A stretch of 64,000 nt of DNA from Octopus sinensis (Eukaryota). Position numbers and translations under genes: made by a program. Under the pieces are notes generated by a model, which worked only from the letters and a program-made list of their open reading frames with translations, was not told the DNA's origin and made no database searches. Below are positions 1 through 13,865 of the stretch, in pieces. Numbering within the stretch: position 1 is the stretch's first letter; each line of letters begins with the position of its first letter. The stretch spans positions 38,874,001 through 38,938,000 of the forward strand of contig NC_043004.1 in NCBI RefSeq assembly GCF_006345805.1, written 5' to 3'.

Positions 1-261
1 TGGAATTATCCAGTAATTTTTACTTGTTTTTGTCTTTTTGTCTTCTCTCCGTGTTGCTATATGAACACTTAAGGTGGTTTTAGAGTCAGATCATGGCTGC
101 TATTTTCAGCATGGCGGTATCTCGTAGATACCCTAAGTTATAATTTTAATAATTATTACCTTTGAAGGTTATTCTTTCCATGCTGGCCACTTCATAAGAT
201 CAATATTTTATTTTAAATTAACGATCTTATCCTTATTTATATAAATTTATATATATATATA

Positions 262-449
262 TTACGGGAAAGTTTACGAAAATAAACGAAAGACGAAGGC
301 AGGTGGTGTACAAACAAACAGATGTATTAGTATATCGCTCAGGAATAGAAAAAGCCTTTTACGTTTCGAGCCTACGCTCTTCAACAGAAAGGTACATAGA
401 AAAAACAAGGAGAGAAAAGAATGTTTGTAGTAGCTAACGATCTATCATG
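262..449 (-). mobile_element. Penelope-like pseudo-LTR fragment (family A) carrying a hammerhead-like motif
   Basis: Reverse-complement homolog of 27962-28095; flanked by (TA)n; contains the hammerhead-like motif at 355-392. Confidence 0.6.
355..392 (-). ncRNA. Minimal type I hammerhead ribozyme-like motif (CUGUUGA core variant)
   Basis: Minus strand reads CCUUU-CUGUUGA-A-GAGC(GUAG)GCUC-GAAAC-GUA-AAAGG: 5-bp stem I, 4-bp stem II, palindromic ACGU stem III. Confidence 0.6.
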
Positions 450-524
450 ATATATATATATATATATATCATGATACATATATACATGCAGGATGTAGAA
501 AAATAACACATGACTTGATGTGTA

Positions 525-1718
525 TTGCGTTGGCAACTAAGTTCCCGTCGTTTTATTAAATTTTGGAATAAATTTTCTTTTTTTCTAGTTACTTTTAGTT
601 GACTTTTGTTTATTTTTCGATCATCAAAATGGAATGTCAACCTAAAACAAAAACAAGCATTTTCAGCACCTCCATCTTTTTGCTTTTAATCAAGCTTCTA
701 AGGCCGCAAAAGCTGCTCGTGACATTTGTGCTGTGTATGGAGAAGGTACCACAGCAGAAAGGACAGCTCGTGTTTTGTATGCCAAGTTCAAAAATGAAAA
801 TTTTGATCTCAAACACGAACCTCGTTATGGATTTCTAGTTGAGTTCGATGAAGAGCAACTAAACCAACTTTTGCACGAAAATTCTCGTCAAACAAGGGAA
901 CTGTCATAGAAAATGGAATGCCCCAAGACGGCTATAGAGAAGCATCTTCACTCGATGGGAAACGTTGAGAAATATGGAGCATGGATTTCGAATGCGTTAA
1001 GTGACAACAACAAAAATCAACGAGCAATAATCTCCGCCGGTTTGTTTGCTCGTCACCGCTCAATTCATGGACACAAGGAACGATTTTTTACCGAATCGTT
1101 GCTGGCGACGAAAAATGGTGCCTGTATATCAATATTAAGCAAGGTAAAGAATGGCTTAGCCACGGTAAACAAGCGGCACCGCGCGTGAAACGAGATCTTC
1201 ATCCGCGTAAAGCGATATTGTGTGGAACTGGGAAGGGATTATCCATTACGAATTGCTTGAACGGAACCAAACGGTCAACACGGAACTATATGTTCAACAG
1301 ATGAAACGACTCAACAGGGCTTTGGCAGCATGGCGTTCTTCTGCTGCACGACAACGCCCGCCCTCATATCGCCAATATGACCCAGGAAGCCATTCAAAAC
1401 TCATAGCTGGGAAGTTCTGCCACACCCGCCGTACTCTCCTGATTTGGCATCAAGGGATTTCCACGTCTTTCGATCTCTTTCAAATGCTATGCATGGAGTT
1501 TCATTCAATACTGATGCAGAATTGAGAGCTCGGTTGGATCAAATTTTCGAGTGGAAATCGGCCGATTTCTATCAACGATGTATTGAAAATCTTGTTGAAC
1601 GTTGAGAAGAAGTAAAAAACAAGGGTGAGTACATTATTGATTAATTAGTTAATTTTTATTAAACATTTAAAAAAATTTAAATAAAAAAAAAACAGCGGGA
1701 ACTTAGTTGCCAACACAA
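525..1718 (+). mobile_element. Mariner DNA transposon, full-length, degenerate
   Basis: TIRs TTGCGTTGGCAACTAAGTTCCCG at 525 and CGGGAACTTAGTTGCCAACACAA ending 1718; TA on both flanks; transposase remnants inside. Confidence 0.93.
629..1644 (+). pseudogene. Mariner (DD34D) transposase pseudogene
   Basis: Frame-shifted motifs AARDICAVYGEG, WISNAL (WVPHEL-like), RIVAGDEKW, LLLHDNARPH, HPPYSPDLASRDFHVF; multiple frameshifts and stops. Confidence 0.9.
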
Positions 1719-1721
1719 TAT

Positions 1722-1915
1722 AAGGAAAATAAGACAAGGTAGAAAATGCTAAAATAATCTTATCATGAAGAACATTTTAGTACCGGTTTCTGTCTATTAG
1801 ACTTTTTCAGCTAAGAGTAAAATAATAAAAACAAATTGGAGAAAAATTTAAGTGAAATGCTTTGTAGATATTTCCATAATCTTTAAATAGTAAATATTTC
1901 TATAGTCTTCAGATA

Positions 1916-1946
<31 letters not shown>

Positions 1947-2040
1947 TGCTACTTTGTGACTGCGTCGTAGGTGGGTAGTAGAGAATCTGAAGGAACAGTT
2001 CGGATACAGACGATTGATGGTTAAACCAGAAGCAGCCAAG
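1722..2040 (-). mobile_element. Penelope-like pseudo-LTR fragment (family B)
   Basis: Homologous to 62775-63060 (AGAAAATGCTAAAATAAT...GTACCGGTTTC...), which lies downstream of the GIY-YIG ORF. Confidence 0.6.
1777..1814 (-). ncRNA. Degenerate hammerhead-like motif
   Basis: Minus strand UUAG-CUGAAAA-AGUC(UAAUA)GACA-GAAAC-CG-GUA-CUAA; C3/A8 mismatch and mismatched stem II base suggest an inactive copy of the 62824 motif. Confidence 0.45.
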
Positions 2041-2871
2041 GGAGAGGGAGAAGACGGTTGTATTCGGACTGTTCCAAGGTTTCTTTTGCATGTGGCATAT
2101 TCAAATAGTCACATATAGAACCTGAAACCTAAAAATGTCGATTGATAAAAAATACAAACCTTTTCAAGTTAAAATAAAAATGAAACAACTTTTTATGATG
2201 TGTCTATTTACTTCACACGCGTGTGTATGTGTGTGCGCGCACGCGTGCGTGTATAAATATACACTGCAACAGGAAGATGTTTAAATGTATTTAACATTTA
2301 CAGTTTGCGTGTAATAAGCGAAATCTTTTATAATTTTTAAACAGTAAACTAATATATTAACCTCAACCATTTCTCTATCTCAGTTCGTTTTCTTCTATAG
2401 TACCGCAGTTGTTTATCTTATTAATGCTATATAAACAGTTTCTCGACGATGCTTTTCGACTGAATATACTAGTAATTCAGGTCAATCGAAATAATTAGTG
2501 AAAGGTTAGGATCATCAATATGAATAAAGTCAAGAGAATGTAATCACGTGACATGGAAATGAAGATATGAATTCAGCAGTATATATTGCTATAACTAAAA
2601 TGTCAACTGAAGTAATAAAAAAAACTCACAAGATTTGGTTTCCCTATTTTTTCTTAGTTTTTAAGAATGGCAGTTGCATAGGGATGTTAAACATCGTTCT
2701 AGATCTTAGGGAAATATTGGATTTCGATATTATTTTTTGGGGGAAAACTATAGGTCAAATTTCATGCATTTTGCCAGTAGTGGAATTTTTTCTTCTTTTC
2801 TGTCTTCTTCTACTTTCACTTCGTTTTCTTCTTCTTCTTCTTCTTTCTTCTTCTTCTGCTTCCTCTTCTCA

Positions 2872-2883
2872 TTATTATTATTA

Positions 2884-2939
<56 letters not shown>
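2872..2939. repeat. (ATT)n microsatellite
   Basis: Direct inspection. Confidence 0.95.
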
Positions 2940-2940
2940 G

Positions 2941-3150
2941 AGTGAGAGAGCAGTGCATACCATCAAAGTGACACTGGGGTAAAATATACGAAGCCCAGTA
3001 TATCCATCTGATAAGCACATGCATCACAACCATATGTGCGCGACATGGTGATCTCATAAGAAGATAAACAGCCCATGACCTTGCAGGTGGAGCTCAGTTA
3101 GAATTTTCTTCTGATCGAGTAACCCATCCCGCTCAAAAGGTCCATGAATA
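2941..3150 (-). mobile_element. Interspersed non-LTR retroelement 3' end with (TAA)n tail
   Basis: Abuts (ATT)n; a second partial copy at about 5153-5215 (GAGCAATGCATGTCATCAAGGTGA) also abuts (ATT)n. Confidence 0.45.
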
Positions 3151-3194
<44 letters not shown>

Positions 3195-3195
<1 letters not shown>

Positions 3196-4125
3196 GAGGT
3201 TTAATGGCGGGGAAGTGCGACGATGTTCTTCGGGAGACTCTGGGTGTCGACCACAATGAGCTAGCTAGTCTGTTTCGGAGGAATTTCTTTTCGGGAATTA
3301 TCGTGGATAATGTGTAGATGACTTTGGCCTGGTAGTGCTACTAAGGGGCACTACCGATTCGAGATAAACTCTATAGGCAAGGATGTGCGGTCAGACGGGT
3401 TTGAGCAAGGTGTATGCAGAGTGACGAAACCGTTCTGCACGCTCTCGTTCAGTGTCCGGGCATTGATGACTTGGGGGTTCTGTCCAACGGCTGATGTATC
3501 GTATGGGACGGATCCGTCTATCGGCCGAGTCTGTAGTGATGATTTCTCCGCCGCCCTACTACAATCGGGCACACAGACAGTTTTCCTTTGACTGATGGCT
3601 GTGGCGAAAGAGGTTGTTTGAGGGACAAGTCTGAAAGGCATGAGGACAGGTAATTCCTCTTTGGTAGAACTCCTATTGCCTTTTTCGAGTTTCACTTGTA
3701 AAGGAAATTCGGAGTGGAGAGGTAAGTGCTGTCCTTGAGTGAGTTTATCGAAAGGTGGGTGAAAATTGCGAAAATGGCAAGAGTAGAGATGTTATCTTTC
3801 TCAGTGTAGACCTGTGAGTTGGATAGAAGGAATTGGAGTTGGCACTTGCTCCTGGGGTTGCAGGGAAATCTCGGACAGTGGGGGTTCCTCGATTATTCCT
3901 AGAGGTGTTACTGTATCAGTAGGGCCACATCGCTATCATCTTACCCGCTCTTTTCTTTCTTGTTCCTCTTTACCTTTGTATGCTATGCATATGTCCCTTA
4001 ATTTGTTTATTATTTCATCATTATATTTCAAACCCCACTCTTTATGTCTGTCTCATCCTTCGCTCTTGTGCCTATAAATTAAATCATTATCATTATTATT
4101 ATTGTTGTTGTTGTCGTTGTTATTG

Positions 4126-4167
<42 letters not shown>

Positions 4168-5098
4168 GAGGTTTAATGGCGGGGAAGTGCGACGATGTTC
4201 TTCGGGAGACTCTGGGTGTCGACCACAATGAGCTAGCTAGTCTGTTTCGGAGGAATTTCTTTTCGGGAATTATCGTGGATAATGTGTAGATGACTTTGGC
4301 CTGGTAGTGCTACTAAGGGGCACTACCGATTCGAGATAAACTCTATAGGCAAGGATGTGCGGTCAGACGGGTTTGAGCAAGGTGTATGCAGAGTGACGAA
4401 ACCGTTCTGCACGCTCTCGTTCAGTGTCCGGGCATTGATGACTTGGGGGTTCTGTCCAACGGCTGATGTATCGTATGGGACGGATCCGTCTATCGGCCGA
4501 GTCTGTAGTGATGATTTCTCCGCCGCCCTACTACAATCGGGCACACAAGACAGTTTTCCTTTGAATGATGGCTGTGGCGAAAGAGGTTGTTTGAGGGACA
4601 AGTCTGAAAGGCATGAGGACAGGTAATTCCTCTTTGGTAGAACTCCTATTGCCTTTTTCGAGTTTCACTTGTAAAGGAAATTCAGAGTGGAGAGGTAAGT
4701 GCTGTCCTTGAGTGAGTTTATCGAAAGGTGGGTGAAAATTGCGAAAATGGCAAGAGTAGAGATGTTATCTTTCTCAATGTAGACCTGTGACTTGGATAGA
4801 AGGAATTGGAGTTGGCACTTGCTCCTGGGGTTGCAGGGAAATCTCGGACAGTGGGGGTTCCTCGATTATCCCTAGAGGTGTTACTGTATCAGTAGGGCCA
4901 CATCGCTATCATCTTACCCGCTCTTTTCTTTCTTGTTCCTCTTTACCTTTGTATGCTATGCATATGTCCCTTAATTTGTTTATTATTTCATCATTATATT
5001 TCAAACCCCACTCTTTATGTCTGTCTCATCCTTCGCTCTTGTGCCTATAAATTAAATCATTATCATTATTATTATTGTTGTTGTTGTCGTTGTTATTG

Positions 5099-5130
<32 letters not shown>
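3195..5130. repeat. Near-identical tandem duplication, 972-bp unit
   Basis: AGAGGTTTAATGGCGGGG starts at 3195 and 4167; the units differ by only a few substitutions and indels; junctions lie in (ATT)n. Confidence 0.95.
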
Positions 5131-5140
<10 letters not shown>

Positions 5141-5219
5141 ATTATTATTATTGAGGGGAAGAGCAATGCATGTCATCAAGGTGAAACAAATATATGAAGT
5201 TCAATAAAGGTACCGCAAG

Positions 5220-5335
5220 TAAATTCTACTGAGGTTGGCTTTGCGTTTCATCCTTTCGGAGTCGATAAAATAAATATCAGTCGAGTACTAGAGTGATGTA
5301 ATCGAATAATCTATTCTTTCAAAATTTCAGCCTAG
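5220..5335 (+). mobile_element. tRNA-derived SINE fragment (family S1)
   Basis: Central block CTTTGCGTTTCATCCTTTCGGAGTCGATAAAA shared with 11790-12012 and other copies. Confidence 0.65.
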
Positions 5336-5567
5336 TTTATACTCAACTCACTGGCTTTTTGCAACTATTCTGTCTCTTTGGTTAATATTATTGCAAATTG
5401 GTTTCACTGATTCTCAGTCTAGTATTAGGTGCTTGGCCTTCTACTACTGATGATCTGTAAAACGGTGAAAACCCGTGATACAGTACTCCTATCCACCAAT
5501 GGTTACGAAATTAAATGAACGATAAAATTACAATGCTTTTCGGTGCATTTAAATAAAACACAGATAT

Positions 5568-5569
<2 letters not shown>

Positions 5570-5615
<46 letters not shown>

Positions 5616-5616
5616 G

Positions 5617-5679
<63 letters not shown>

Positions 5680-5690
5680 TTAGTTAGATA
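5570..5690. repeat. (GATA)n microsatellite
   Basis: Direct inspection. Confidence 0.95.
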
Positions 5691-6799
5691 GTTAGATATT
5701 GCCATCATACATCTTCGGAAGACACGAGTAAGTATTCTTTGAATGCGTGTGAAAGTATATTAACTGGACTGCCTCTGTTTCGCCGGGAGGCTGACGTCCA
5801 TACTATATTTGAGGAAAATAATGTTTCGGCATTTTACACTCATTTCTTTTATATCGTTTGCTTTGAACAGTCTCTAATAATTGCTTTCGATATACGAGGT
5901 TCATATTTTTACCTTTTTTATGTTGAATTCCGTAGACTAGACCTTCAATTATCATTTTCATCTGTTCGTTTATTACATCTAGTTTCTCTACCTGATGTCT
6001 TTTATATTCGTCAAATGTTTGAAGGTGCTACCTTTAATTTTTATAAGTTTTCTTTTGTTTACTCTCATTAGCTAATTAGTCGGTTCTTTTGTCCTTGTTG
6101 GTCATTTCGCTATTGCATTCGATTTTACTGTTTACATTAACTGCGAGTGACCGAACGTATTGATTCTTTATGAGTGAGTCTGTGTAGGTGTTTTCATCTC
6201 ATTTATGCAAATTGTATTGTTCTTCTATCATTTTATTATTATCCAATATCGGTAGGAGGTATCTGTCTGCTTTTCTGTATGACTGAAATTAGTTAAATTG
6301 TTGGGTACATCGATTTTTGTTGTCTGTTTCACTATTTGCAGAGTTTGCCGTCCCTCTACACCAATGTCCTCTACTATTAGATCAATACCTATTCAACATG
6401 ATAGTAATTCATGCTAGCTAGAAATGCATTTATTATGGTAAATGCAACATGAAATTACAGAGTTTCTATTGTGGGATTAGTAGACCGTTATGTCGACGTT
6501 TTCTGTGGCTCACAAGAAGCATATCTCGGGATCACGTCTATTATATCTTCGATTACATTTCTAAGTGTTAAGCGTTAAATATAATTTGATAGAATTATTG
6601 CTGTCACTAGGGGGTTGGTGCATGTATTATGTGTGCATTGCTTTGGACTTTTAATTTCTTACCCGACCAATTTTTAACCAATGACAGTGGGTATCGAAGC
6701 AAGTGATTATGTTATTATTTTTTTTAAACTTGTGGGAATTATTTCAGTTTTTTATGAGAGAACAATTGCATAATTATCTTTCAGAATGAAGCGCAAAAC

Positions 6800-7410
<611 letters not shown>

Positions 7411-7559
7411 TCTGAGTTGTTCCTCTTGAATTGTGTAGTTCTTGTTCTTTTTGGAACTCTATTATTTTTTTTAAAGTTTCATTGAAATTAATAGTTGCTG
7501 GAAAAATGTTCATTCATCGGGGTTTCAGGTGACAATTTTTCATCCTCATTTCACTGAAA

Positions 7560-8020
7560 CATTTATATATTAGAAACTTGGTTCTTGAATTGAATAATTG
7601 TTTTTATATATCGACATTCCTCCCAGGCTTTCTGAAAGAATCTTGCTTACCTATCGTCAAGGTTTATATTGTGCCTTCGAAATTTGCCAGAAGTAGGTGT
7701 GGTTGGATTGATACTTTGAATTTAAATTCATATTTATTGTTTTTTTACGTATCTGATACATGTTTATTAATGTTTATGGATATTGTTATGTTATAGCGTT
7801 TGTAAAATCTTATTATAAAGTGATTACTTATCATGCCAGATTTTTGAAGTATGTCCATCATACATCATAGAAATATTTACTTTATATTTATCCTGGCTGA
7901 GTCATAGCAGAATACAAATTAATGCCTCATGTTCTTATCTGTTGGATACGGACGATGGCGAACACTTTTGCATTGCAGAGCAAAGATGTCGAAATGTCAA
8001 TGTCCTGCTGAGTTGTACAA
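7560..8020 (+). pseudogene. Possible highly decayed Penelope-type reverse transcriptase fragment
   Basis: Weak ordered motifs LVLELNNCF...VPSKFA...FYVSDTCLL resembling PLE RT (LVL.NNF..APS.AN..RYIDD); recognition by eye only. Confidence 0.25.
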
Positions 8021-9489
8021 GTTTTGCACTTCATTCTGAAAGATAATTATGCAATTGTTCTCTCATATTAATCTGTCGCTCGAATAATTGTGGATTTGAT
8101 ATATTCAAGGAGGTTTTCTTGTTCACTCCATCCAATTTTCACTTCGCTAGGTTCATTAGGCTATGTATGAGGCCTTTGCTGAAATTTATTGCATATGACA
8201 TAATTTCTATAATTTCTACGTGTGAATTTGTTTAGATATTGTGTCTGTACGTGCGATTTTTGTGTGTATGCGTTTATTTGCAAGGGCTAATGGATGTGTA
8301 TATGTTTTGTGATCTAGGCAAGCCGGTTGTACTGGTGCCACGTATTCCTACAGAGCCCACACCACTCCTTTAATCTTATTAATTCGAACGACTGGATTCT
8401 AGCAGTCAGCAAATTCTGTTGTTACCTCTCTTAGATAAAAGTTTATGACCATAAATTTTTCCGTTAATGATAGCAATTATTTACTCTTCCCTTTTATCTT
8501 CTTCTTTATTTCCCTTCTCTCACTTTTAATTCATACTCCTCAAATCTAAACCATTCCCACTGTTGTATATTTTCATGACATCCTTCCCGTTGACACACTT
8601 CTTGACTTTTAAATTCTTAATAATTTTCTCGCAATGTTTTCTCCATTCGGGTCTCCACTTCACTGGAGAACTGAATGGAGTTCCAGTTCAGTTTTCTCCA
8701 TTCAGTGAAACTGACTAGGCAATTGCAATCCACAATGTAACTTTCATTTCGTTGAGGTAATCTCAGCCTGATGACTAGCTACGTTGAACATTGCTAGTTG
8801 CATAACCACTACAGTATAAGCTTCAGTTAGCTAAGAAACATATGTAGCGTGCATTTTATCTGTCCCACTCCCTCAATTTGGAATTTTTATTCGCACTTGT
8901 AGCAAATCCAGTTGCTAAATTTGAACTATATAGAAACTATCAGTTTATTGAATTTCGTCGGAACTTTGAGATAGGGAAAATTTTGTAACTTACAATGCCA
9001 AAAAATTGCTATTGCTTCTTATTTTACACTGTTCCCTTCGTGTTCTCTACACCTTTTACACAGCGTTTGAAGCTTACTAATTTCCTACACTCGGATCCTT
9101 GAATCGTATACATAATATAAAGAGAGATTAAGAATATACATAGACTGAGAGAGAGAGAGAGAGAAATGCCAAAGTGACAAATTCAAAGAGAGACAGACAG
9201 AGAGAAGAGAGAGAGAGTGTGTATATGATTGATAGATATTAATATTTTTCATTACGTTTATGATAAAGCACACACACTCAAAATAGAGGAAACAGACAAA
9301 GGATAAAAACAACAATAAAAAAAGAATGACTAAAATAGACATTTTGATGTATTTTTCATTTATGTTCCTTCATTTTATATTATATCATTGACTTCCAAAG
9401 CAACAATATGAAACTTTTTTGTTTGTATTGTTATTTGTTTAAATTTTATAGAGTCATTGAAATTGTTTAAAATATAATACTAATTCTAA

Positions 9490-9542
9490 TAATAACAATA
9501 ATAATAATAATAATAAAAATGATAATAATAATAATAATAATC

Positions 9543-9600
<58 letters not shown>

Positions 9601-9626
9601 TAATATTAATAATAATTATAACAATG

Positions 9627-9692
<66 letters not shown>
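9490..9692. repeat. (AAT)n microsatellite
   Basis: Direct inspection. Confidence 0.95.
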
Positions 9693-10332
9693 GCAATAAC
9701 ACGAAAGACAACACCACCACCAACAACAACAAAAACGACAAGAATTTCTTGGTTTTTCACTCAATGCTGAGACTGTTTTTGTATTTTTTAGATCTTTTTC
9801 CTACAGAATTCAGTCTCATAGGAAATGGAATTAGAAAAGTCAAATACATTAGATTTGAAAGAGTACAAGAACTTCTGTTTATGTATATATTTGTGTTTTC
9901 TGTAGCTATTTTAATATTTATGAATTTCTATGTAGTATTTTAAACATTTTCTAGCGTACGTCAAACTTTGTTTTGCTTTTGGGGATTTACGTCACACAAT
10001 CCAGTTTCTTACTTTTTGTTCTTAGATGACTCAGAGAATATCATTATTCCGTTCTTATAAGTAGATTATTATTATAGTTCATGTTGTTTGACTGCGGAGC
10101 CAACTTTAATTTTGTGAATGCTTGATGAACGGTTATTTCTCCATGGAATACTCTTATTTTCAGAATATATCTTGAACTTTTGTACACAAATGGGTTCTCT
10201 CTTTTACCAAAGAAATAATGATTGACTATCATTTCTAACAAGATAAGTGAAGATTAATAGTCTCTTTCACTAGGTTGAAATAGAGTTGAGTCTAAATGAG
10301 ACCGTTGAGTATGAACGAAACTAATTTTTGCT

Positions 10333-10759
10333 TCCATACAAAACGCAAGTTTTTGACTAAATACAGAATGTAATCTTGATGTGAAGCTTTTTAAAGATTA
10401 TAATATTCGTATCTATGCTGGAAGTATAGATACAGTTATGTTGCACCTACTTTATCTAAATGTAATAAAAATTTAAGAGAAACCTATCGAATGCATTTAG
10501 TTCATTAACTTTACATATATACACAGAGTGAGAAAGAAAGGGAGATAGAGAGAGAGAGAGTATGAGTAGAGTTGAAATTGCTTTTGGTGTTGGGAGTAGC
10601 CATCATTTCCAAAAAAATATTTCTTCAGAGTAAAAATAAGCGGAGAGCAATAAAAGGAAAGGAGCAGGGTTTCACGTCCCTCCTCTTTCAGGGACATTCA
10701 TTACTTTAGTATACTAAATTTGTTATTCTAATCCCTCAGTTTTTTTGATTTCGCTGATA

Positions 10760-10816
<57 letters not shown>

Positions 10817-10890
10817 ACACACACACACACACACATCCACACACGTTATACATCCAAAAGAAAAGAAGACTTCCTCGTTAGCGCAAAAAT
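10333..10890. repeat. Local segmental duplication, copy 2
   Basis: Matches 6800-7410 with scattered substitutions and different microsatellite lengths. Confidence 0.9.
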
Positions 10891-11789
10891 TATCTCTGAA
10901 AGTGCAATTCTCATATGCTTCAATTATCTCCCTTTGCATCCGAACATTGTTAAAAAGTACCTCTGGAGATTTAGTATAACTTTGTTCTCATAAGGGAAAT
11001 TGCAGTCATAATTGTGTGTGTGTGTGTGTGTTTGGCGCATTTATTAAGTCACTAGTATTAAATTACACATCTGCATTCGCACCATTAGCTCATTTGCGTT
11101 ATTTCACATTGCTACGTCATGCTCTTCTCTCTACTCTCCGATTAATCTTGAGTCACTGGAATTGATTTCCTGTTACATAATCTTCGATATTGTACAAACT
11201 ACGTTTGTATATAATGTATAGAAATTGTATTATTAACATTCATTTTATGCGACCAAAGATCAACTTCAGTAGTGCTTATCTATCTATATTACGTTCTACT
11301 GATCTAATTATGTATCTGATTTATAGATAATCCAGCGTGTGTAATATAATTCAGCATGTGTGCATATATTGATTGTATTTGTGTACGTGTGAGAAAGTGT
11401 TCTGTCTTTTATATGTGTATGCGTTTGTTATGTTGCTTTTATTGCGGCCTTTGGTAACACCTATCTAATTTCTTTATTCATTGCTACACAAACATAAATA
11501 TTTATGTACAGATATTGATCGTTACAAAACCGGTAAAATATCAGGACATTTACATGGATCTCATAACGTTACCGCTCTCTCTTTTGCTCTTGCACTATGT
11601 CTCTATATCTCTCTCCCTCTCTTTCACTCTCTCTCATTCTTTCTCTGAATGTGCGTACGCGCGCGTGTTTGGGTGTGTGTGTGTGTGTTTATATGTATGT
11701 GTGTATGTTTGTGTGTGTGCATACGTGTGCGCCTTTGTAAACGTGCGTTTCAATTTCTCCAAATTCTTCTCCATTGTATTCTTCCGATA

Positions 11790-12012
11790 TATATGTTTCT
11801 TTATTGCCCACAAGGGGCTAAACATAGAGGGGACAAACAAGGACAGACAAACGAATTAAGTCGATTACATCGACCCCAGTGCGTAACTGGCACTTAATTT
11901 ATCGACCCCGAAAGGATGAAAGGCAAAGTCGACCTAGGCGGAATTTGAACTCAGAACGTAACGGCAGACGAAATACGGCTACGCATTTCGCCTGGTGTTC
12001 TAACGGCTCTGC
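11790..12012 (-). mobile_element. tRNA-derived SINE (family S1), near full length
   Basis: Minus strand has an A-box-like GGCAGAGCCGTTAG, a B-box-like GAGTTCAAATTCC and the central GTCGACTTTGCCTTTCATCCTTTCGGGGTCGATAAA block. Confidence 0.8.
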
Positions 12013-12651
12013 CCCCAACTTCCACTGAGTCAAACTAATACCAACTATGTATTTATATATATGAAATTTCGAATTCAGTTCACAAACCCCGAAAACTACC
12101 TTTGCGGATGACCAGGGCTCTACTGACCTCAGAATGGGAACTATTGTTCTATACCCTACCTTTAATTCGCGTAAATATATATGTCTACATACGTACTTAT
12201 ATCTTCTATCTATAACGAATAATTATATTGAATTAAGAGTCTGCATATATGTGTTTTAACCCCACCGAAATTCGAATTCGCTATGCTCCATTTTTACCGC
12301 ATACAGACTATTCTTACTGTTGTTTAGAGAATATTCCATTTCGATATATTTCCAAAAAAGCAATAGAAATTTGGTAGCATATTTTCCTACAATACAACCA
12401 CTTCAACTGTTTCGATCCATTTTCACTCGACTATGTTCCTACTCCTGTAATTATTAACGGTTATAGCAATTGTACATGCCGACCGATGAAGCGTTCATTG
12501 AAATTGATTTGTAACAACGTTTGTAGCAAACACATGCACACACACATACTCATCCACACACACTCACACACACACACACCCACTCACAGAGATACATATA
12601 CATACGTATATATGTATGTATATATGTGCATATGTATAAAGGTATATATGC

Positions 12652-12710
<59 letters not shown>

Positions 12711-12818
12711 GTGTGTGTGTGTGTATATATATGCATACATACATATGCATAGACGCATTCATACATACATATAGACGTACATTTAAAACGAGATATGCCT
12801 GTAAATCAATTTTGAAGT

Positions 12819-12879
<61 letters not shown>

Positions 12880-13107
12880 ATCACGATGTGGCGTGCAGTG
12901 ATAGACATTAACACAATGTATCGATGTTTCCATCAAAATGTTTTAATTTCTTGTAATATCAGAAAATACATCACATCTGCCAATATTACATTTGATGTAA
13001 ATATCTCATATCTAATGATATTTCAAATGTACAAAATGTTAGTTGTGCAATCCTTCTTCACACATACATACATACATACATACATACACATATACATACA
13101 TGCATAA

Positions 13108-13162
<55 letters not shown>

Positions 13163-13788
13163 ACAATACAGGTCTGTGTGTGCATGTGTGTGTGGATGGG
13201 GTGAGCGTGTACGTATATATATATGTATTTACGTGTATAAGCATAATTTAGAAATATCTCATCGCTTGACTGGGAGCTCAAACATGAAAAATAACTCAAT
13301 ATTTATCATTTGTAGACTATAACATGTTTTGCATTGTGTGATCATACAAAATAAATTTTGTTTTTGTTATTATGAAAACCTTTCAGAGAAAGCGAAAAGT
13401 ACATACACTCGCGTTACATGTGCTCTAAAGTTGTAACACAAAGTTAGAAACACATCCATCTTCCAAAAGGAGGAAAAAATTAATGCTGTTATACATAGAA
13501 AAACGTTGAAGTTACGGCAAAAAATGTTATAAGTATCATAAGCGAGGTGGGAGGGTGCTCTCATTTGCATTTAATGAAGCGTACAGTACTTAGTAATTTT
13601 CCTCATAAATAATAGTTACTACGATTTTCGAATAAGTTGCAGTCTAATTTAGATTTCAATAAGAGATAGCACGTGTGGGATAAGAGATAAAAATAGCAGT
13701 TAGATAGGCACTAAGAAAATATGAATATATATAATATAAAACTACAAAATATTCGTACACCACATAAACACACGTATATGTATGTATG

Positions 13789-13865
<77 letters not shown>

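Noticed and set aside
3590-3620. CTGATGGCTGTGGCGAAA hammerhead-like string in the 972-bp unit
   Set aside because: A9 is missing, there is no convincing stem I or III, and the duplicate copy reads ATGATGG.
8668-8680. GAGAACTGAA resembling a vertebrate miR-146 5' end
   Set aside because: Only a 10-nt match, wrong lineage, and explained by the local fold-back.
8768-8810. CTGATGA followed by a CTAGC/GCTAG hairpin
   Set aside because: No GAAA or NUH segment follows the stem.
13560-13570. Octamer motif CTCATTTGCAT
   Set aside because: Isolated motif expected by chance in AT-rich DNA; no snRNA or promoter context seen.
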